A stretch of 62,364 nt of DNA, filler included, from Choristocarpus tenellus KU-1152 (GCA_964200185.2; 10 parts of 10 records of this genome joined end to end with filler, not necessarily neighbours in it), one strand, 5' to 3'. Positions 25,500 to 38,944 are shown, numbered from the whole stretch's first letter. The notes: a model not told the origin generated them from the letters alone. Numbers and translations are program-made.

Positions 25500-28400
25500 A
25501 ATGCGAATCTCGTTGATAAGGGGAGGGTCGAGTCTATGTTCATCTCGCCGTGTGTATTCCTGGGTATGTAGATAGTGAACCTTTAATGAACACTACTGTT
25601 GATACTGCCACTGACATTCCAGTAATATCACCCAGAAACATTGAACCCCACCCAACTATTTGCAAGGCACCAATTCTGGAGATTCCAGCAGGCGCTCTGA
25701 ATTGAAAAGGAGCAGGTGGTAGACTTTTATCTGTCCACGGTTTAATTCAATTTGCACTACGACTTGGTGGCATATCAATGCCGGTCCAAGCAGTTGTCAT
25801 ACCTAATTTGAGAGTAGGTAAAATATGATTGGATAACAGCATCTTGTCGGCATTTCGGGCAGTGCTAGACTGGGATCGAGAGGAAATGTCGTTTAAAGAC
25901 AGTGATAAATGCTTTCCAGCAACTCAAAAAATTATACCCCTTCCCATCTGTCCCCCCCCAAGACATGTTTGTCAGGTTGAAAATCCATCACCTTATATTT
26001 CAATTTCAGTATCACATCTGAGTTCACTACTCCAGTGCATACAGAAAAAAAGATACACCTTCCCCTTGGCACGGAAATGCCTGTCTCCAGCTTGTTCCCA
26101 GGCACTCAGAGGAACAGCTACCGATACAGTGGTGGAACCTATCATTTACACTGGCACAGACCTTCAGCAGGAGGACGACATACACTCCCACTCAACATAT
26201 TATGGTCAGTCGAACCCTCACTGGTTGGGAAGAAGATGGAGGGTGTTTAGTCAAAATTGCCAATCTTTCTCAAAAAGAGGTCAAGTTACCAGTAAATTTT
26301 GTAGTTGGTCATGTCTCCCCTGTATTAACCACATATTCCCCTCCAGAGGCCAACATAAGTGTGGTTGCAGTCACACGCTCTACTCCCGACGAACTGAAAC
26401 AAGCTAGGGATGAATTGAAAAGGGCTTTTCTAAGAAGGCTTTTGCAAATACACAGCTGACACTTTCTAAACAAGAGGAATTACTAGATATTGTGGCTAAC
26501 TTCAGACCAGTCTTTTCATTCTCTGAAAAGGAATTAGGTTGTTGCACCACTACATCGGCTGAGTTTCCAGTACAACCAGGTACAAAATTGGTTAGTAGAC
26601 CACCGTATCGCACGGCGCCAAAAATACGAGACACTACTCGTCAATATGTAACTGATATGGGAAAACATGGCATTATAAAACTCTCATTTAGTCCATGGGC
26701 ATCCCCTGCTACCGTTGTTGCAAAACCTGATGGATCTCCTCGATTCTGCGTGGATTTTAGAGGAACCATTTATAAGCATTTGATACGTACCTCACAGCCT
26801 TTTCCTTCAATGGATGAGTGTTTATCCACTTTGGGCGGTTCAAAATATATATCTTGTTTAGATATCCAATCAGCCTATTGACAACTACCGATAACTGATG
26901 AATGCGACAAAACCTGCATTCATCACACCAGATGGGAAATATGAGTTTCAGAGGTTACCATTTGGAGTACAAGACGCACCGTGGATCTTCCAACGCTTTA
27001 TATCTGAAAATTTTTCCACTATCGATCCTAGCTCTGGGTTATTAGTACATATTTAGACGATATTGTTTTGGACTCTCCATCGTGGACACACCATAAACAG
27101 TAAATCACTACAGTATTGTTAATGTTACAAAATGTAGGGGTTACGTTAAAACCATCAAAGGCTCAATTTGGCTCAAAGCAAATCCATTATTTGGGACATG
27201 ATGTTAGTCCACAAGGAATCGCTGTACCTCAAGCTCGTATTGAAACTATTTTAGATATGCATTCCCCTCAAACTGTGAAAGGCATATGATCTTTTTCAGG
27301 TTCTATGAACTTTGTTAGGAAATATATTCCTCGTCTTGTAACAGCAACAAAACCGATAGTTGAATTGATTCGCCATACACAAAAGGGCATTCAAACAAAG
27401 ATGATACCACCTTAAAGCGATCAAGGAAAGACCACAATGATATCTCATCTAGATGGATTCGACCTTTTGACGAGTACAAACGACTTTTTACTATGGTTCC
27501 AGTGCTACACTTTCCTGATTTTCTAAGGAATTTTTTATTCATGTAGATGCCAGTAATGTTGGGACCGGGGCATTTCTTGCCCATAAAAATGATGATGGCA
27601 ATTTTGATATAATTGCATACCATAGTGCCTTACTTTCCCCCTCCCAACGAAAATATTCTGTCACACGAAAGAGTGCCTTGATGTTGTTCTGGCAATTCAA
27701 CCAGTCTTACCAACCTTGTCATCTTCGAAAAAATGGAGAATTTCGCGATCCGTTAGTAGCCTCAACGGAGGTTCAGGGTTTAATTTTACATGCCCTACAT
27801 GACCCTAAAGTTGCAGGCCATCTTGATTTCAAACACACATTTGACCGGGTCCGAGATAGATTTTGGTGGCCAACCTTAAACAAAGATGTGAGGAAGTGGT
27901 GTGAAACTTGCCAGTCTTGTCAAAGGCGGAAGACCACTCACACTCTTACCCCACTACCTACAGGACATATACCTGTTACACATCCATTTCAATTACTTGC
28001 TATTGACCTAATGATATATAAAATCACGTCAGAGGGTGCAAAATATATGTGTTATCCGCTTTAGACCACCTTACAAGATTCGCCATCTTGGTTGGCATCG
28101 CAAATAAGCAAGAAAAGACCGCAGCTAAAGCTCTTGTCGATCGTATTTTTTCCATCTTTGATCTGAAACACTCCACTCTGATCAAGGCAGATAATTTGAG
28201 AATAATCTCCTGGCTGAGTTGCGTAAAGTGTATGGATATCATAAAACCAAGACAACGGCATATCGACCGTAAGGCAATAGCATATGTGAACAAATTCATT
28301 TCACGATGCATAGTATTCTGACCATGTACTCAAATATGGACCAATCTGACTGGGCCTCATTACTGCCCTTTGTACAGCTAGCACACAATACAGCCTATAA

Positions 28401-29736
28401 TACCACTGTTCAAGAAACACCATTTTTTCTCATGTTCGGGAGGCACCCAATTTTACCGATTGATCATATTCTGGGGGTCCCTGAGGCCACTCCCATAACC
28501 GTACTAGGATACAGTACAAGAACAGTGGAGAATTTTCAACGAGCCTATGAATTAGCCCGGCGTAATATTGGTGAGATGGCTCTAAGGAACGAATCTAAGA
28601 ACGTGAACCATAAACTCTCACTTTATGGACCCGGAGATAAAGTGTGACTTCATATACCACATACTTAAGCTGATACGCTGAACCCCAAGTTATTGTCCCC
28701 ATGGAGAGGACCTTATGAAGTGAAGGCACGTAAAAAAACTATTGCTTATCGCGTAAAGCACTTGGAACACCGACGTGAATTGGCAGTTCATGTAGCCAGA
28801 CTTGAACCCTTTAAGGAAGGAACAGCCACTGAACCTGACATAGATGCCCTTAATCTACTCTCTTTAGGTCGGGTATTACCCGAACCAAATCTTGATCAGG
28901 GGTCAAAGACACAGCCAACTATTGGGTCTTACAATGTAGAGAGCACTTTTGACCATAAGCGAGGTGTAGGAAGAAAAACCGTCCGCAATTATTTATACCG
29001 GCTTCGCTTTCAGGGATATTCACCACCGGCCAATGATGTATGGCGCAAACCTGCTGAAATACCTTGAATGTACAGAGATGATCGCAGCCTGTAGGGATGA
29101 GAACAAGTTCGACCTCCCTGATGTAAGACGCACTGACCAAACAACTTGTCATATTCAAAAGACACTTGCCACTATAACAGCCGAAGAACTTGTGTTTACC
29201 GCCAACTGGACGTCCACCTAATTGCAACCAAGCCTCCTTTAATACTTGTTATATCCCTCCTTGTGGGACGGAAAGTGCAATTAATGCCTCTGTAGTAGTG
29301 GGTTGCCGGCCTGGTGAGTTTCCACCAGATTCCACAGATAAAGAAGATGTTTCTTTTTTACTACCAACATGGTGGAAGCGATGCCAATAAATTCTTGAAG
29401 ATCATACCATGGGTCAGTCTGGGTGGTAATTTGGAGCTCATCTATTAAACGACTTGAGGCTCGTGAGGTAGAAAAATTGCTTTTACCCGGAAACATAAAC
29501 ACAGGTTGGTCATATTTGTGAGAAGCATGCATATTTTTCAGAATATTATTTACCACGGGTATAATATTTTACTTTATTTTTAACAAATGCACATATAACA
29601 AAATATTTAAAGTCCAACTTTCTGGTTGTCCAAGCACCTTGGAGGCAAGTTGTTGAAGAAGAGGTGATAGTAAGGGATGATGAGTCATCCAATCACCCTT
29701 GACACTATCCCCACAACACTCCCCAATAGATGACTT
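25500..29736 (+). mobile_element. Decayed Ty3/Gypsy LTR retrotransposon with chromodomain (PR-RT-RH-INT-chromo, PPT, start of 3' LTR at about 29665)
   Basis: Protease-like VDTAT (about 25600); RT SPWASP..KPDGSPRFCVDFR..LDIQSAY, RLPFG, YLDD; RNase H DAS..G; integrase HHCC (LHD..GH..CETCQSC); GPY/F motif WRGPY; chromodomain YNVESTFDHK..YRLRFQGY..DVW. Many stops and frameshifts. Confidence 0.93.
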
Positions 29737-30464
29737 NNNNNNNNNNAAAGCTGTGGTGATACTGAGCTTCATCCACGCGGATCCCCGGGAGGAACGTAGG
29801 AGACAGGCAGGTCCACGCCATTTTTCTCACTGTGCTTTCCACCCATTAACACAGATTTCACTTGGGCTAGAGTGCGACCTAGGGCTGATCGCCACTAGTG
29901 CTCCATCTTGTCATTTTTCTTTGCCCTGATTCAACCAGGAGGTTTTTCATTTTTTTGTTTTCCTCTCAAAGATGGACCTGTCCGACATGAAGTGCTGGCC
30001 AGCCACTATTGTGTTCGTGTTGGATAGAATCCACACTGGGGGGGGGAGGGGTAATATCAGCGACATCCTCTTTTGAGATCTCCGACACACAAATTTGCGC
30101 GCGCCAACCATGTCATTGGAACTCGCCCATACCGACCAGTTCATGAAAAACCAACCACACCCACAAGATCCGGATTTGACCAAAGAGCCAAAAGGACTGT
30201 CAGAACGAAGATCCATCCCGATTCTGACCGATCCATTTCTCTTTTGTGGCGTTGCTCAGTCATTCTGGGGCATCTGTTGTGCTTTCAGGTTTTGTTCTGT
30301 CCTGGATTTCCTCAACTGACTTTGAGATGTTGGGCCAAGACCTGTAAAACTCGGTTTCACCCTCTGAGGTGGAAGAGCTCAAGTCTGGTGATTGTGATTT
30401 CCCCCCTGTGCAGAGAGCTTTGGCGCCTTGGCACTTCCACACAGGCACAAAATCACAAAAACAC

Positions 30465-31030
30465 TTAAATAGGGTCCTGCCATTGACTGTCTCCCTTCAG
30501 AACTATAAACATAAACTACAACAGGAGATCAAGATAATATCTCACAGTCACAAACAAAAATAAGGTTCTGCTATATAAAGGCTTGCCCTCCCTAGAAACT
30601 AAGACATATAAACAAATGTCTCAAAATAACAGAAAAATAGGAAGCGTCATAGCAAGACTCTCCCCCTCCACAAATATCAACACAAATTAATATGGATGCA
30701 AATCACAATAGCACTGAAATAGGGTACTGCTATACCCTCTCCCCCTTCAGAACTATAAACACAAATAACTACAGCACACCAAAACAATGCCTCACAGTCA
30801 CATAGACAGGGTGCTGCCGTGGAAAGACTTATCCTTCATAGGAACTATGAACATACAAACCAATAAAGACAAATGTTTTACAATATCAAAATAGGGAGTG
30901 TCATAGTAAGACTCTCCCCTTCACAGCTATCAGCAAAAAAAAATACAAGACACAAGAATATAATGCCTCAACAAATACAGACAAAAATGTCTAACAATAA
31001 CATAAAATAGGTAATGTCATTATAAGACTG
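30465..31030. repeat. Degenerate tandem repeats of about 85 bp with a three-unit (about 250 bp) superstructure
   Basis: AAATAGG(G)..GC.AT..AAGACT.TCCC..AACTAT-like motif at about 30467, 30558, 30635, 30717, 30807, 30888, 31004. Confidence 0.65.
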
Positions 31031-31210
31031 CTCACGATGGTTAGAGCACGAAAGCGGACATGCTATTCGTGTGCAACATGCCCCCAAGTGTGAACTAGGT
31101 ACAAATGTTTCACGCTTACCACAGGTGATCGTCACGTGTTTAGACAATAGATATCGTCTGTCACCTCAGTCGTGCTGCAGCAGCATGTATTTGGTTGCCA
31201 CTGGATGACA

Positions 31211-31880
31211 GAGGGACTCCAGTTCCAAATTAGCCAGTTGTTTCCAACACAGGGACTCTAAAATGGTTTTACAAGGACTTCAGTTTAAACTTAGCCAGTT
31301 GTATCCTACACAGGGATCCCAGTTCTAAATTAACCAGTTGTTTCCAACAATGATCGGCATACCTCCTTGCTTCTATTGGGAATAAATCTCCAAGTCATAA
31401 GACACAGCCAGAGTCAATGCACGTTTGACCAAATCAAATTATACACTTTCATAAAAGATATATATATATATAACTCTGACTAGGCACAACATAGATTAAC
31501 AGATATCCTTGTTTTGCTTGGGAGAATCCGTCCCAAAGGCCATAGAATACCATCAGAGTTAGCTAGCATCTGGTCTAATCTGAGTTTACACTTTTTCCAT
31601 TTGAAGATGTGATTCAAAAGATACAAAGCATACATCTCTGACATGGCCAAGAGTAAATGGGTCCCCTGTTCCAATCTCCCTAATCACAAATGTGATTAAC
31701 GTGTATCCATGTTTCCTTTGGAATTGTCCATCCTAAAAGTCACAGGTTATAATCGCAGTCAGTTTGCATCTGCCCTAATCCGAGTATATAATCGTTCCTT
31801 TTGAAGGTGTGGTTCAAAATTTACACAAAGCATACGTTTTTGACATGACCTACAAATAATTGGTCCCCAGTTCCGATCTT
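31211..31880. repeat. Three repeats of about 40 bp (31211-31350) plus a duplication spaced about 200 bp apart (about 31590 and 31795)
   Basis: GGGA(C/T)..CAGTT..AA.TTA.CCAGTTGT three times; TTGAAG.TGTG.TTCAAAA...CAAAGCATAC...GGTCCCC.GTTCC twice. Confidence 0.6.
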
Positions 31881-32948
31881 CTCATGTCATACGTGACCCT
31901 CCTTGGGATAAGTAAATAATTTCTATCCTGTTGAGCTCTCCTCCCAACCTCCCTCTTCGGAAGATACCGTCCAATACGTGACGTGAAATCAGAACCTTTT
32001 CCTGTGCAGCAAGTGTTGAAACCTGAATCGAATGGATCTTACATGTAAACAAAATGCGTAGACTACTAGCGATGAGGAATCATGGTGTTGCAAAGTACCA
32101 ACGAGTAAAATGCCTAGTCCGTGTTATGGATAGATGTGATTGTGCTGCAAAGCACCGATGTATTTATTCTGCTGTAACCGAGGTCATTGATCTTTCAGTC
32201 AAGAATGATGTGATGTGGATTCAGTGTTTTTTCATGAGATACTCAACGAAAGAAGTCAATGCTCTGTGGAAAGTCTTGTCACCTTGACTGGCAAAGGTTA
32301 CCACGAATGGTTTAAATTCTGATTATTTTACATCCATTTAGTACACTTTTTCCAGAGTGAGGTTGGTGCATTGTGAGAGATGAATGGCAGCCACGAAGAA
32401 ATAGTAATGAATCATCAACGTACAACTGTCATCTTCTCCTGATGAGAAGAAATAGTGAAAGAAAAAATAATAAGAGAACAAGAGAACAAACTTGAACCAA
32501 TACGTGATGCAGCGCAAGTGACGAATACTGTTCCTGCGTTTGGGACGCATAGCGACTGTTCTGTACTACGGTGTTCTGATGGTAATTGATGCGGTGATGA
32601 TGAACTTGTGATCGTAACGTCCAGAGCTTAACAGACCAGTCAATAGTCGTTGTTGACTGGTGGAACTGTATCTTATCAACGAACAAACAGATGAGTAGCC
32701 TATGTTTTAACACCAAGTGTCGATCCCTCTTTTTTCTTTTTAAGACTTCTTGAAGCAGGTAGGTACCTGTGGGCCACAGACTAAGCACACCTTGTGCACC
32801 CTTAGCACCTGCGATTGAATTGTGACTGATTGAACTGCCGGTTACTTCTGTACCTGAAAGCGATGATTGCAGCGAAGGAGAACGCAAACAAGAAGCTAGG
32901 GCACCAACAGACGACGAGAGTGAGTATGTGAATCAGGCGGAGCCTACT

Positions 32949-33600
32949 CTACAGAAAATCCATGTCCTCTAGTATCGTATTGGCCACTTCATGGTTGTCT
33001 TCCACACCGATCCACGCTCTCGCTGCGTCGATGGAAGCCTGAGACGGTTTTCCGCCGGGTTTGAGGTGCAGAGCGTCAAGAGCATTGGAGAGATCCTCAT
33101 TAATATATAGGCATACCTTGTGGGACGTACCTCTACGAGCAAAATGGCCACCAACGATACTACAATACACAGCACAGACATATACGACAGAAATGCACTC
33201 AATGTTAAAAAAAATCAATCATGATCCTCATCAGCAGACAGGGCAAAAAGACAATTCAATGACGATGACAATCAACCTAATTTCAGACTTTCAATCCACG
33301 CGCTAACACACCTCAACATCATTGGCACCCCTCGTAGAATTGGAATCAGGCTTCAGCGTCTGCACGTTCTCCATGATGGTTGTTGCCTCCTTCACCTTGT
33401 AGAAGGTGCTGTGACCGATTCCAAACCTTTGAGCAACCGCAGTTCCAGTCATGGTCTTCAGGAGTGCCAACGCTTCCACCTTCTCTGCAAACCTCAAGCA
33501 TTTACGATTGTCGGCCCTACGAGGCTTGTAGGATGCGTCTTTCTCCATAGATTTATTTGGCCACATTCCCCTTGCCCTTGTTCTTGTTATCATGGCGCTT
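32949..33600 (-). mobile_element. pogo/Tigger-like transposase remnant: CENP-B-type N-terminal HTH, no DDE domain seen
   Basis: RKCLRFAEKVEALALLKTMTGTAVAQRFGIGHSTFYKVK matches the CENP-B_N/psq HTH pattern. Adjacent non-coding 32430-32720 resembles 44190-44460. Confidence 0.65.
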
Positions 33601-34493
33601 CGATGCTGTGTTGTCACTGACTGGACGCTCGAACCCTTGCGCTTGGTGGGGCTCACGAACAATTTTCACACGAGTTTCACTTTGCTCGCGCCAAAAAGAT
33701 CCACGACGCCGCAAATGCCATGAAGATTTGCCACTACAAGCGTGACACTTACGGCATGTATAGTGTGGCGGACCAGGCTCAAAGTAACTGGGGGGGGGGA
33801 GTGTCTANNNNNNNNNNNNNNNNNNNNNNNNNNNNNNNNNNNNNNNNNNNNTTAATTAATTAANNNNNNNNNNNNNNNNNNNNNNNNNNNNNNNNNNNNN
33901 NNNNNNNGTGCATACGGGCGCCCCCCTGTCGACTCCCCCCCCCCCCCCCCCCCCCCAGACACTTTGGGTTACTGTCTTCAATATAGTGAAATATGATACC
34001 ATATATATTTACGATATTGCATTGGAGAAAATCCGTAAACGCACTCCCTCTCTTCTCCAACTCTAAAAAAGCTTCCGTAGAACCATACAGCTCCATCTTT
34101 CCAATTTCGTTTCTCTCAACAATGATTTAATGCCCTTGAAAGCACCTCGTACATAATTCTGTTCCGGTCTCAGTGTCACAGTAGATATTACTTGCATCAG
34201 AGCCAAACCAGTGGAGAGGCAGGCAAGTTTGTAACCTTTTCGCGATCTAAGCCATTGTTTTTACTCTGTGCAATACAACCTATTTCATTGCAGTATGTGT
34301 ACAATAGTGTACACAAAATTGGCATCCCCCCTTACCACACAAAAGGTGGCACCACAATTCAGCAAAGGCTCTTTCTGCAGTTGTGCAAAATGGTATCTTT
34401 ATGCCCTTTCTCGGGATCCTTAAAATGCAACTCCGTGTACCTCTCAGTTGATTTGACTCCTCATAACCTGAAGTCCTACTTATCTCCACCAAC

Positions 34494-35929
34494 CTTGACA
34501 GCAACGTGACGGTAGGTGCTGTGATGATTGCACCACGCGCCATCTCTACCCCTAGCTGTCCCAACAAGAAGTATATTTTCTGGTTTGATGTCCCGGTGCA
34601 CCAGCCCCTGGTCATGGAGATAACTCACAGTATGAGTGAGTGATACCATGATCTGCCGTGAGTGTGCCTCAGTGAATGCTGTTCGCTCCACGATTTTTGA
34701 AAAAAGCTCCCCCCCTTCCACCAGCTCCATCACCATGTGGCAATAGCCGGTCAAATGATCGGAGAAGACCTTTTTTTTGTGAGGAGTATGTAGACCAGGT
34801 CAAAGGGGGCGAAACGAAAATGCTTAGAAGGGGGAAGAGGGGAGGGAACACGGTATCATCTCTGAATTAGCACAAGGCACACAGCTACCTCCATAGAACG
34901 GAAAAGTAAGAATGTGGTCTATCCCGTTTCCACTGAAAATGCCATGATCTTGGGTGATAATTAGCTACAGGCTAGAGACTTATCGTAACACAATAGCTAG
35001 AGGGGTGCACTGGTTGACCAGTGGTGTCTGCGTGTTGAAAGTAACAGAGTCAGCCAAGCGTACCTCAACGAGCTTCACAATGTTTGGGTGTTGTATCTCG
35101 TTCATTATTGTAATCTCTCTCTCAAGATCCAGGGCGAGCTCTGGCGTGAGCTTGGCCTTGTTAATGATCTTCACTGCAAACTCCTTCCATCAGTGAGAGC
35201 AGAAAATGAGTAGAGAGGAACGGTCGGCGACCATTTCAAAAAGCGTTGCAGCATGGAGCCCAATCACGATTCCATACTCTAGGATGTGAGTGGGGAGTTA
35301 GGTATGGTTGCACTTGTAGAGTTGTGCAAGATATAAGATGCCACTGTTGAGCTACTGCCACTCTTGTTTGATGGACCCCTCTGCTACGACTTGGATGAAA
35401 GATAAATCGCGAGTTGCTTGTGGGAGAGATTTTGTGGTTGTTTGGCTCAAAGAGGAGAGTCCACCTCAAAACTATCCAAGGTTTCCTCTACTAGTGAGGA
35501 AAGCTAAGATATTCTCTTCCACAAGATATTCTTTTCTGCGACCAGTACCCTCACAGCAATAGAACACTCTTGTGCTCTTTAGAAAATTTCCGGTCGTCAA
35601 GGTAAAGAAGGATCGTGGCTGATAAAGCTGTGAGATTGCACAATTGCAACTTCAGACTTAGTCAACCAGAACGGTGGGCCCATAAGACCTCTCACATGTC
35701 CTGTCGACCGGCATTGGCAGCGGTGGACGACACTGAATGCACCATCTCCAAGCTTTTGAAGCAGTTCGTATGCGTTTCCAAAGCACCTCCCACCGGTCTT
35801 GGTCATGTCGTCCCTTACACCCTGACTGACCGATTCTTGCCTTCCAGGGTCTATTTCAGAATGAATACCCTGGGCATTTCCAATATGCGCGTCTGCATCT
35901 GATACGAAAACGCTATGGGTTAACCCCAT
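34494..35929 (-). CDS. CaMK-group Ser/Thr kinase, exons 35929-35696, 35183-35064, 34769-34494; DFG and later exons not found on this contig
   Basis: LGDGAFSVV, FAVKII, HPNIVKL, MELVEGGELF, HRDIKPENILL; all phase-0 GT-AG introns; starts MGLTHS. Confidence 0.9.
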
Positions 35930-36813
35930 GATCAGGAGTCCCTAGCGGTCTTCGTTTGGTTGTTGATCGATGCAGTGTACAAATTCTCCAGATATCTTCC
36001 TGCGCAACCATTATATTCTGTAGTCCCGGTTCACCCTTCTATCCAAGCCACACTGTCTACCTCTCTCAGTCCCAACTCCATCCCTCGACCAAGGTATTCA
36101 TAAAACGAAATTTCAGTATACTTAGGTACTCTTCGCGATGTTCTCCCTTCAATGGTCGGTGAGGTTGGAGCAATCCATAATAAAATATCCCGCCGAATAG
36201 AGCGGGTTGATCCATCCACTTCTTGGTCGTTTGATTTTGTAACCGTGTCATTTTCAAGAAAGAATTTTGAACTATGAATGATCTACACGACGAGAAGTAA
36301 AAGACGAGCTGTGGCCGTGACTAGAACAACCTTTGTATACGAAGAAGCTTGGAGAGTCAAGGAGAGAGAGACAGTTGTGGGCACCCTGAAGACCCCTCTC
36401 ACGGCGAAGTCATGAAAATGAAAGATGTGTCAACTTAGATGGAAGGTGGGTGACGAAGATGAGATACACGTTATAGATAGATTACACATTGAAATATTTA
36501 AACATTTACTGGTAAATACAAGCAAAACTAAACTTCAATATAGTAAGTCTTTGGTAATCATATTTTGTAACGATTATGGTATTTAAGTACACATACTAGT
36601 AATGGGACATTTAGGGCACGTACGTCCTGAAGAGTATATTATAGAACAGGGGATCCTCAAAATTGAGGAAGGCGCGGGACTATGAGGATGGTTGTTTTGC
36701 GAAAACGGTCTTTNNNNNNNNNNNNNNNNNNNNNNNNNNNNNNNNNNNNNNNNNNNNTTAATTAATTAANNNNNNNNNNNNNNNNNNNNNNNNNNNNNNN
36801 NNNNNNNNNNNNN

Positions 36814-37260
36814 CTTCCTGGATGAGCTGGCTACTCACATGGTTGGGGGGAGAGGAGCGGGGGGATATTGCAGGAAAGGTCTTTCTAAATCCCGGCTACG
36901 CCAAATTGTCTCGGTGACTACGCCAGTGCCATTGTCCAGACGTGTCATGCGCTTACAACTATAGTCACCAGGGAGATGGGCACGGAGGGGTTTATTGAAT
37001 TCTTGGGATGCCTCCCTAGCTCCCCCCCCCAGGACGCAGGAGTAGGTAGATGGGATGCACAGGAAGGCAGTGGTAAAATATTGATATTAGTGAAGTAACT
37101 GATAGATTAGTTGTTTTCACACTTGCAGTGTTTTATAGTGTTTTCACATTTATGATCTTTTATTTCCTTAGGGCTAATACAGACATATGTATACGTATGT
37201 ATAGTTTTCATTTGTTTTCCCCCTGAAACATCTGCGAAATGTCAGAGGGCAAAATATTGT
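36814..37260 (+). mobile_element. 3' end (ORF tail plus 3' UTR) of an RLE-type (CRE-like) non-LTR retrotransposon
   Basis: FLDELATHMVGGRG..RLRQIVSVTTPVPLSRRVMR; homologous to 37385-38040 on the minus strand. Confidence 0.75.
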
Positions 37261-37384
37261 ATATACATCAAGTTAGGAAAAGTATCGATGCATTTTTCAT
37301 TACTTTTTTAGGTCTTGAATTTAATGTCGACCTGTCGACTAAATTAGAACCACAATAGATAGTAGTGTGGAAAAGCATGTTTTT

Positions 37385-38040
37385 ATTATTTTTCCCTCTG
37401 ATATTTTCCAGATGTGTAGAGGAAAACCAATGGGAACTATTTACATTGTCAGTGTAAATCCTAAAGAAATAATATGTCATAAATGTGAAGGACACTAATC
37501 CATTTGTTACTTCACTATCTATGTTGTACTACTGCCTTCCTGTGTCTCCAATCTACCTACACCTGTGCCCCAGGGGGAGGAGCTAGGGAGGCATCCCAAC
37601 AATCCAATAAACCCCTCCGTGACCATCTTCCTGGTGATTCCAGGTTAAAACGCATGACACGTCTGGACAGTGCCACTGGTGTAGTTACGGAGATAATTTG
37701 ACGTAGCGGGGATTTTAACTACTCCTTTCCTGCTATATCCTCCCACCCCTCTCCCCCCAACCATGTGAGTAGCCAGCTCATCCAGGAAGCATTCCGCTTG
37801 CTTGCCGAGGTGCCCAAGACTTTCCACCACAAAGGTGTTGAGGCTATAACTACGAGAATCAAAAGGGCCTTGTAGTGGGTGCGCTTTCGAGCCTCGGCTG
37901 CAGCAGCAGCTACACCATTCCTGGTGGATGAGTGGGTAAGGTGGGAGGTTGCCTGTACATCTGCGAATGTGACATCGAGCAGATGGCCTTCGTCCCTGTA
38001 GGGGGCTGTCCGGCGTCCGCCAGTGTCACTGCATAGCGTG
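37385..38040 (-). mobile_element. 5'-truncated RLE-type (CRE-like) non-LTR retrotransposon
   Basis: LDVTFAD..AAAAEARKRTHY..FVVESLGHLG matches the restriction-like endonuclease tail (DVT..AE.xKxxxY..ExxGxxG) of CRE/R2-group elements. Confidence 0.8.
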
Positions 38041-38159
38041 AGATTCAGAGTCTCAAGTGTAACGCATGTTTTTTTTTGTCTATTGTTACACCGTTATTGC
38101 CGTATGCCACATACTGTTATAACAATTGAGGTTATGTTCTGAGAACTTCGATTCAACCG

Positions 38160-38400
38160 TGTGGAGGATATTTGGAGTAATAGATTTTCGTGTCTTCCTG
38201 CAATGTCTCCTTATGAGCACGGTTTTCTGAGTACGTATCTCCTATCTCTGAAAGGTTTCTTTTTCGAGAACCATCCGAATCGTGATCCTCCCCACTTCCT
38301 CAGTTCCCCACTTTTTCTTGTGAGTCCTTTCAGCCTTGCACTTGTGTAACCATAACCTCATCCTCTCAGTTACGGTTCGTCTTGGTCCGTCTGGTCTACA
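38160..38400 (+). repeat. LTR-like repeat fragment, related to about 45770-45930 and the solo LTR at 54771-55170
   Basis: Shared AACC.TAACCTC.T..CTC..GTTAC.GTT.GTCTTG motif; starts TGTGGA like the reverse complement of the solo-LTR end. Confidence 0.55.
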
Positions 38401-38686
38401 GTGAACTGCTGGGATCCAAGGGTGACAACGTCTTCAAAATTCCCTGTTTTAGCAAGAAAAAGGCTGAGTAGGTGGCCAAGCTCCCCCTCAGCACCCCGGT
38501 GGATGCAGTGAAACACCGTGCTGGAATGAAGGTTTGGAGGGCTTCGGGGGCACAAGCATAGATAGGTGTAGGCAGTCCCATTTTGGTTGAGATTTTGGGG
38601 GGCAACCTTTTAGTCTCTGTACAAATACACCCACAAGATATGAACGTGTGAAAAGAAATCTTGCTTCTTCATCGGGGCTGCAAGTA

Positions 38687-38944
38687 GAGTCAAAGTATCT
38701 TAGAGGGTAGAGTCGCGTCCATTTTGGGGTCACAACCCAATGTTGCGTTTTGATTTAGCTTTTGCTATCGTGTTTGTTAGGAAGTGTCAATATTCTTGTT
38801 CCGAACACCCCTTTTCATAAGGTACACATTTTACCTATTTTGAAACATTTTGGAGTAGAAAAATGTAATAAAAAACCCCATGGGAAGCCAAGCCCTAAAT
38901 GGACAAACATGGCAAAACTCGTACCCTCTAAGATACTTTCACTC
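38687..38944. mobile_element. Sola2-like MITE
   Basis: GAGTCAAAGTATCTTAGAGGGTA...TACCCTCTAAGATACTTTCACTC; TSD AGTA. Confidence 0.88.

Noticed and set aside
22512-31030. Tandem arrays as a CRISPR-like locus
   Set aside because: Units are homologous along their whole length with no unique spacers, no cas-like ORFs were seen, and the context is eukaryotic.
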